Below are positions 58,947-64,000 of a stretch of 64,000 bases of DNA, one piece after another. The notes under the pieces are model-generated. The model had not been told where the DNA came from, did no database searches, and saw only the letters and a program-made list of their open reading frames with translations. Position 1 is the first letter of the stretch. Each line of letters opens with the position of its first letter. This stretch comes from an uncultured Nitrospiraceae bacterium (GTDB lineage Bacteria; Nitrospirota; Thermodesulfovibrionia; Thermodesulfovibrionales; UBA6898). Where the stretch lies: contig CAWEQH010000010.1 in assembly GCA_963811165.1 (NCBI GenBank), positions 448,001-512,000 of the forward strand, read 5' to 3'. Made by a program: the position numbers and the translations under genes.

Positions 58947-59504
58947 TCAGTTTTTGTTGAACTTGTTCATCGCCTTTTCAACGCCCTCGGAGATGATGAA
59001 CGGGATGGAATCGGCAGCCCTTCCCACGGCCTCTTTGAGCAGCGGTAGTTCCTCTTTCGTGAATTTCGAAAGTACGTATTTCTCTACGGGGACGAACCGG
59101 TCTCTGCCGATTCCAACCTTCACCCTAATAAAATCGGACGATCCGATGTTCTGGATGATCGATTCCACCCCTTTATGTCCCCCCGATGAACCCCTTCTGC
59201 GGATCTTCAGTTTGCCTGTTTCGAGGTCGAGATCGTCATGCACCACGATAATCCTTTCAGGCAGGATGACGAACCTGTCGGCGACCCTTTTGACGGCGGC
59301 GCCGCTTCTGTTCATAAACGTCAACGGCTCCAGGAGGGCGGTTTTTTCGCCCCCGATGGAGCCGTTACAAATCTTGTAGTCGGGTTTTTCCTTGAACTCC
59401 AGGCCCTGTCTTCCCGCTAGTTCCTCTATAACCAGAAAGCCGATGTTATGGCGTGTTCTGGCATACCGGCTGCCGGGGTTTCCGAGTCCTACCAGGAGCC
59501 ACAA
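58947..59504 (-). CDS. pth: Peptidyl-tRNA hydrolase
   Basis: VGLGNPG, TRHNIG, FMNRSG, HDDLDL, GGHKG. Confidence 0.97.
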   Translation of the reverse strand: MWLLVGLGNPGSRYARTRHNIGFLVIEELAGRQGLEFKEKPDYKICNGSIGGEKTALLEPLTFMNRSGAAVKRVADRFVILPERIIVVHDDLDLETGKLKIRRRGSSGGHKGVESIIQNIGSSDFIRVKVGIGRDRFVPVEKYVLSKFTKEELPLLKEAVGRAADSIPFIISEGVEKAMNKFNKN

Positions 59505-59507
59505 ATA

Positions 59508-60179
59508 CTATTTCTCCTTCTTCTCAGAACCTTCCTCTTCCTTCTTGCCCTTCTTCGCCACTTCAGGCTCAGCGGGAGCAGCCACCTCGGCCACCGCCTC
59601 TGCAGCGACAGGCGCCGCCTCGACTACGGCCTCGACAACGGTGACGATCACCTCATTCGGATCGGTGAGTACCTTGATACCTTCTTCAAATTTCAGATCA
59701 CTCACGTGAATGGACTGTCCCACCTCAAGTGCAGAGATATCGACCACCGTCTTTCCCGGTATCTTGTCCGGCAGACATTCAATCATGACTTCTCTCAGCG
59801 TGTGCTGAAGAATTCCGCCGTCCCTCCTGACTCCGATGGGTTCGCCGGTCGTCGTCACATGGATGGGGATTCTCACCTCTTCCGTAAGCGACACCTCGAA
59901 AAAATCGGTATGCAGCAGTTCTCCCCTGATAGGGTCGATCTGGTAGTCTTTGAGCAAGGCGAGTTTCTTCTCGCCGTCGTTGAACTGAAGATCGACCATG
60001 ACCTGCTCACCGGACATTGTGTTTATGAGTTTCGCCAGATCCTTCTTTACGAGCTTAATCGACTGTGAACCCCCTCCTCTATAAAGGACCGCAGGGACCA
60101 TGCCGTTTCTCCTGAGTGAGCGGGCAGCACCCTTCCCTTGTTCTTCCCTCTTTTCTGCGACTATACTAAGCCTTTCCAT
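59508..60179 (-). CDS. rplY: 50S ribosomal protein L25 (Ctc form)
   Basis: GKGAARSLRR, VPAVLY, HTDF, GGILQ. Confidence 0.95.
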   Translation of the reverse strand: MERLSIVAEKREEQGKGAARSLRRNGMVPAVLYRGGGSQSIKLVKKDLAKLINTMSGEQVMVDLQFNDGEKKLALLKDYQIDPIRGELLHTDFFEVSLTEEVRIPIHVTTTGEPIGVRRDGGILQHTLREVMIECLPDKIPGKTVVDISALEVGQSIHVSDLKFEEGIKVLTDPNEVIVTVVEAVVEAAPVAAEAVAEVAAPAEPEVAKKGKKEEEGSEKKEK

Positions 60180-60199
60180 TTTTCCTCCTCTGGCCGTTG

Positions 60200-61144
60200 C
60201 TATACAAACAGCGAGCTTATTGATGATTCTTCATGAATTCTCTTTATCGCCTCTCCTAGGAGAGACGCGATGCTCAGCACCGTCAATTTCTTTAATTGTT
60301 CCTTCTTGCTGTCAAGCGGTATGGTATTGGTGGCGATCAGTTCTCCGATAGCCGAGTTATTGATCCTCTCCACCGCGGCGCCGGAGAGGACGGCATGGGT
60401 GCAGGCGGCAGAAATGTTTCTTGCGCCTTTTTCCTTCAACGCGGCCGCCGCCTGGGTCATCGTTCCCGCCGTATCGACCATATCATCAAGGATAAGTGCG
60501 TCCATTCCGGAGACATCGCCGATTATGTTCATCACTTCGCATTCATTGGCCTTTTCGCGACGTTTGTCCACAATGGCGATGGAACACTGGAGTCTTTTCG
60601 CAAAAGACCTTGCACGCTCGACGCCTCCTGCGTCCGGCGACACGATGACCAGATGTTCCGTGTCATATTTCTTTTTGATATAATCAAGGAGTATCGGGCT
60701 TGCATAGAGGTTATCGACAGGTATATTGAAGAAGCCCTGTATCTGTCCTGCGTGGAGGTCTACGGTAAGTACCCTGTTCGTTCCGACAGCGGTGATAAGG
60801 TCTGCCACCAGTTTTGCCGATATCGGTACCCTCGGCTGGACCTTTCTGTCCTGTCTCGCATAACCGTAATAGGGAATGACGGCCGTTATTCGGCCTACAG
60901 ACGCCCTTTTCAGCGCATCCGTAATAAGCAGCAATTCCATGATATTATCATTGACGGGCATCGAGGTCGGCTGAAGAACAAACACATCGGACCCCCTCAC
61001 ATTTTCATTCACTCTGACCATTATTTCACCATCACTGAAGGTCCCGACGGTCGCATCGCCCAGTTGAATGCCAAGACAGGAAGCGACTTCCCTCGCCAGG
61101 TCCGTATGTGCCGTCCCCGTGAAAAGTTTCAATCCTTGAGGCAT
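60200..61144 (-). CDS. prs: Ribose-phosphate pyrophosphokinase
   Basis: [41 protein letters not shown]. Confidence 0.97.
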   Translation of the reverse strand: MPQGLKLFTGTAHTDLAREVASCLGIQLGDATVGTFSDGEIMVRVNENVRGSDVFVLQPTSMPVNDNIMELLLITDALKRASVGRITAVIPYYGYARQDRKVQPRVPISAKLVADLITAVGTNRVLTVDLHAGQIQGFFNIPVDNLYASPILLDYIKKKYDTEHLVIVSPDAGGVERARSFAKRLQCSIAIVDKRREKANECEVMNIIGDVSGMDALILDDMVDTAGTMTQAAAALKEKGARNISAACTHAVLSGAAVERINNSAIGELIATNTIPLDSKKEQLKKLTVLSIASLLGEAIKRIHEESSISSLFV

Positions 61145-61250
61145 GTTACCCTCTCCTTCTCATAAAACCATCGGGACAAAATACTCTATTCCTCGTCGAC
61201 ATCTTCATTCCCTTTCTCCTTCGGCCCACCTAATCCACATCAACCGATAC

Positions 61251-61325
61251 TGGCTGGGGCGGGAGGATTCGAACCTCCACATGGGAGATCCAAAATCTCC
61301 TGACTTGCCGTTTGTCGACGCCCCA
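61251..61325 (-). tRNA. tRNA-Gln (TTG)
   Basis: Cloverleaf TGGGGCG...GGAGA-TTTTGGA-TCTCC...GGTTCGAATCC...CGCCCCA-G-CCA; usual position between ispE and prs. Confidence 0.97.
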
Positions 61326-61396
61326 AACACTTTCGGGAAAATAATGGACGGGACATAAAATTCATGATGCCTCTATCCTCCGTTCCATCTGTGCGT

Positions 61397-62233
61397 CTAT
61401 ACAAGCGTCCTTACGACCCGGCACCAGTGGTCTCCCATCCGCATTGACGCCCGACGCGCCTCTTCTTCCGACCGAAATACACCGAACACGACAGACCCGC
61501 TACCGCTCATCGAGGCGATTTCCGCGCCGTTTTCAAGTAGCATTTCTTTTATATCAGCGACGACCCGGTATTTTTCGATGACCCCTTTTTCGAGGTCGTT
61601 AAATACCATTGGCCGGAGCGCAGTAAAGTCCTTCCTCTCAAGAGCAAGACAGAACAGTTTAATATCAACGGCTTTTTTTGTCAACTCCGCAGTGTACTTG
61701 CCATATGCCCACGAAGCGGAGACGCCGACGTCCGGCTTCACCAGAAGCATCCAGACAGGGGGCCCTGTCTTGAGCTTCTTCACTATCTCGCCGCGCCCCT
61801 CCACAACGGAAAAAGGCCCCCCTATAAAAAAGGGGACATCGGACCCTATGCCGGCGCCGAGTTCCATCAATTCTTCCTCTTTCAGGCCAAGTTCCCACAG
61901 CCTGTTCAGCCCTATGAGGGTCTGCGCGGCATCGCTGCTGCCTCCCCCGAGTCCGGCCGCAAGGGGAACATTCTTCTTAAGGACGATCCTCGCCCCCCCC
62001 GCATACGAAGCACTCTGCTTCAGCACTATCGCGGCCTTATATACAAGGTTATCTCCCGGCGGGATGTCGAGGTCGGAGACCAGCTCAATTTCAGGGGCTT
62101 CTTCGAAGGAGAGGACGTCAAATAAACTCACGCACTGCATCGGACTTACGATGTCGTGATAGCCATCGTCCCGTATGCCCTTAATAAAAAGGAACCAGTT
62201 GATTTTTGCCGGCGCTTCTATAGAAAATTTCAT
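61397..62233 (-). CDS. ispE: 4-diphosphocytidyl-2-C-methyl-D-erythritol kinase
   Basis: APAKIN, GYHDI, AGLGGGSSDAA, GSDVPFF, MSGSGS. Confidence 0.96.
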   Translation of the reverse strand: MKFSIEAPAKINWFLFIKGIRDDGYHDIVSPMQCVSLFDVLSFEEAPEIELVSDLDIPPGDNLVYKAAIVLKQSASYAGGARIVLKKNVPLAAGLGGGSSDAAQTLIGLNRLWELGLKEEELMELGAGIGSDVPFFIGGPFSVVEGRGEIVKKLKTGPPVWMLLVKPDVGVSASWAYGKYTAELTKKAVDIKLFCLALERKDFTALRPMVFNDLEKGVIEKYRVVADIKEMLLENGAEIASMSGSGSVVFGVFRSEEEARRASMRMGDHWCRVVRTLV

Positions 62234-62267
62234 GGTACCGCGGACAACAACCCAAAAGGGCGAAAGG

Positions 62268-63974
62268 TCACATGCCCCTTTCGGACTTCACATCCCTGAT
62301 CTTCTTTTCAACCCTCTCTTTCAACCCTTCTTCCTTCTCATGATACTCAAGTGACTTCCTCCAAAACTCCACGGCCTTTTCAGCATCACCCGTCGCGTAA
62401 TATACGTCTCCCACGTGCTCGAGCACGACAGGATCGTCCTTCGTCAATTCGACCGCTTTCTTTAATACTTCAAGCGACTTTTGAAGTTTCCCCTCTCTGA
62501 AGTAGATCCAGCCGAGACTGTCCATGATAAAACCGTTGTCGGGTTTGAGCTCAAGGGCGCGACTGACGAGAGATTCGGCCTCATCGAGGTTGATGTTTTT
62601 TTCAGCGAAGGAATACCCGAGATAATTCAATGCATCTGCATTTTTTGGATTTGTCTCGACCGCCTTCCTGAGGTAACTCACCATCTCGTCGAACCTCCCG
62701 GCCTTGTCCGAAAGAATCCCGAGATTGTAGTAAAAATCGTCATTTTTGCTGAACTTCGAAACCCCTTCCCTGAGCACCTTTTCGGCGTTCTGATAATCCT
62801 TCTTATGCATATACGCCGACGCAAGATAAAGATAGATATCGGGTTCGTCCTTTTCGAATTCCAGAATCTCTTCGTACATCTTTATCGCGTCGTCATCTCT
62901 CTTGAGTTTGGCATAGAGATAGGCCAGATGAAGAAAGGCGTTCGTATTCTTGGGCTCTCGCGATATGACTTCCTTCAGTTCTCCCACCGCCTCGTCATAG
63001 TGTTCCGTCTCCTCAAGCACGAGAGCGAGATAATAACGGACAGAACTAAGTTCCGGTTTGACCTTAAGGACAAACCGGAACTCGTCCAGCGCCCTTTCAT
63101 ATTCCTTTTCCTCAAAATAAAGCATGCCGAGTCTGAAATGCATGTCCACATTATCCGGTTGCTCCCTGCTGAGGGCCTCGAACTCTTCAATGGCCTTCCC
63201 ATAGGATTTCTGTTTCAGATATACCTGTGCGAGCCTTTCCCTGGCCTGACTGTTATGGGGGTTGAGGCCGAGCGCCTTCTCATAATTTTCAATCGCTTCG
63301 TCGAAGCGCTCCTTGATTTCGTTGATCAGGCCCATTTTGAAATAAGTCGTATCGAGGCCGGGCCTGACCTCGATAGTCTTCTTCAGATATTCTTCCGCCT
63401 TGTCGTATTCTTTCTTGTCTACATATAAAGAACTCAGGTAATCCAGCGACTGGTAATCATCCGGGTCTTTCTTGAGGAGGGAGGTGAATATATCGGCGGC
63501 TTCATCGGCCTGATCATTACTGTAGTAAAGCCTTCCCAAAAACCTGGCCGCATCCCGGTTATCGGGGTCTATCTTCAGTATCTTCTTGCAGACCGAGATC
63601 GCTTCGGGAATTCTTTTCTGCCCGCTGTAGATATCCGCAACCAACATCAAGGCGGGGACGTAATCCGGATTGTCCTTCACGACTTTTTCCACCGTTTCGA
63701 GCGCCCCGCCACGATCGCCTGAGCGATACAGCGTCACGCCCAGCTGCGTCCTTAAATAGGCAGACTTCGGGTCCTGTTCCAGGGCCTTCCGGTAATATCT
63801 GACGGCATCGTCAAACTGATACGAAAGGGCGGCCTCGTACCCGAGCATAAAATAGTAATCCGCCTCGTAGGAATGGGCTGGGGTCGTCTTTTCGGCCTCG
63901 GTCGGCCTCACCGGCCCGGCGGCGCAGGCCGACACAAGGACCAGGATTACTGCAATGATGATTCTGTTTCTCAC
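62268..63974 (-). CDS. TPR-repeat lipoprotein
   Basis: Lipobox LVSAC; many TPRs; ALNYLGYS, DSLGW, EHVGD; upstream of ispE. Confidence 0.9.
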   Translation of the reverse strand: MRNRIIIAVILVLVSACAAGPVRPTEAEKTTPAHSYEADYYFMLGYEAALSYQFDDAVRYYRKALEQDPKSAYLRTQLGVTLYRSGDRGGALETVEKVVKDNPDYVPALMLVADIYSGQKRIPEAISVCKKILKIDPDNRDAARFLGRLYYSNDQADEAADIFTSLLKKDPDDYQSLDYLSSLYVDKKEYDKAEEYLKKTIEVRPGLDTTYFKMGLINEIKERFDEAIENYEKALGLNPHNSQARERLAQVYLKQKSYGKAIEEFEALSREQPDNVDMHFRLGMLYFEEKEYERALDEFRFVLKVKPELSSVRYYLALVLEETEHYDEAVGELKEVISREPKNTNAFLHLAYLYAKLKRDDDAIKMYEEILEFEKDEPDIYLYLASAYMHKKDYQNAEKVLREGVSKFSKNDDFYYNLGILSDKAGRFDEMVSYLRKAVETNPKNADALNYLGYSFAEKNINLDEAESLVSRALELKPDNGFIMDSLGWIYFREGKLQKSLEVLKKAVELTKDDPVVLEHVGDVYYATGDAEKAVEFWRKSLEYHEKEEGLKERVEKKIRDVKSERGM

Positions 63975-64000
63975 GTGGTGTCCTATACTATTTTTTTCAT

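Noticed and set aside
1..64000. CRISPR array, rRNA, tmRNA, tRNA-Sec, prophage structural genes
   Set aside because: No regularly spaced direct repeats or recognisable consensus seen by eye

Overview
64 kb of a bacterial chromosome, mostly housekeeping genes on the minus strand. Gene content and order (TPR-ispE-tRNA-Gln-prs-rplY-pth; uppS-cdsA-dxr-rseP-rfaE2-mfd; thrC-moaD-NIL-apgM-lysC-cimA-proB; bcd-etfB-etfA-fabD; AOR; class II RNR) suggest an anaerobe, possibly Nitrospirota (Thermodesulfovibrionia-like); that taxonomy is an inference. A partly AT-rich accessory island at ~8.76-16.2 kb holds an integron-like gene cassette, an attC-like hairpin, an IS3-family element, a frameshifted four-heme cytochrome c, and a pair of coupled tyrosine recombinases bracketed by perfect 16-bp inverted repeats. 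Just after it lies a lipoprotein rhodanese with an in-frame UGA (C-A-U motif) and a SECIS-like hairpin, a likely selenoprotein that the ORF track truncates. Other points of note are two MoaD/ThiS sulfur carriers with extensions after the GG motif, an unassigned structured-RNA candidate at 33.06-33.19 kb, and REP-like palindromes. Many single-base frameshifts fall in the first 16 kb and may be assembly errors rather than true pseudogenes. All family assignments come from recognising motifs by eye; no searches were run.
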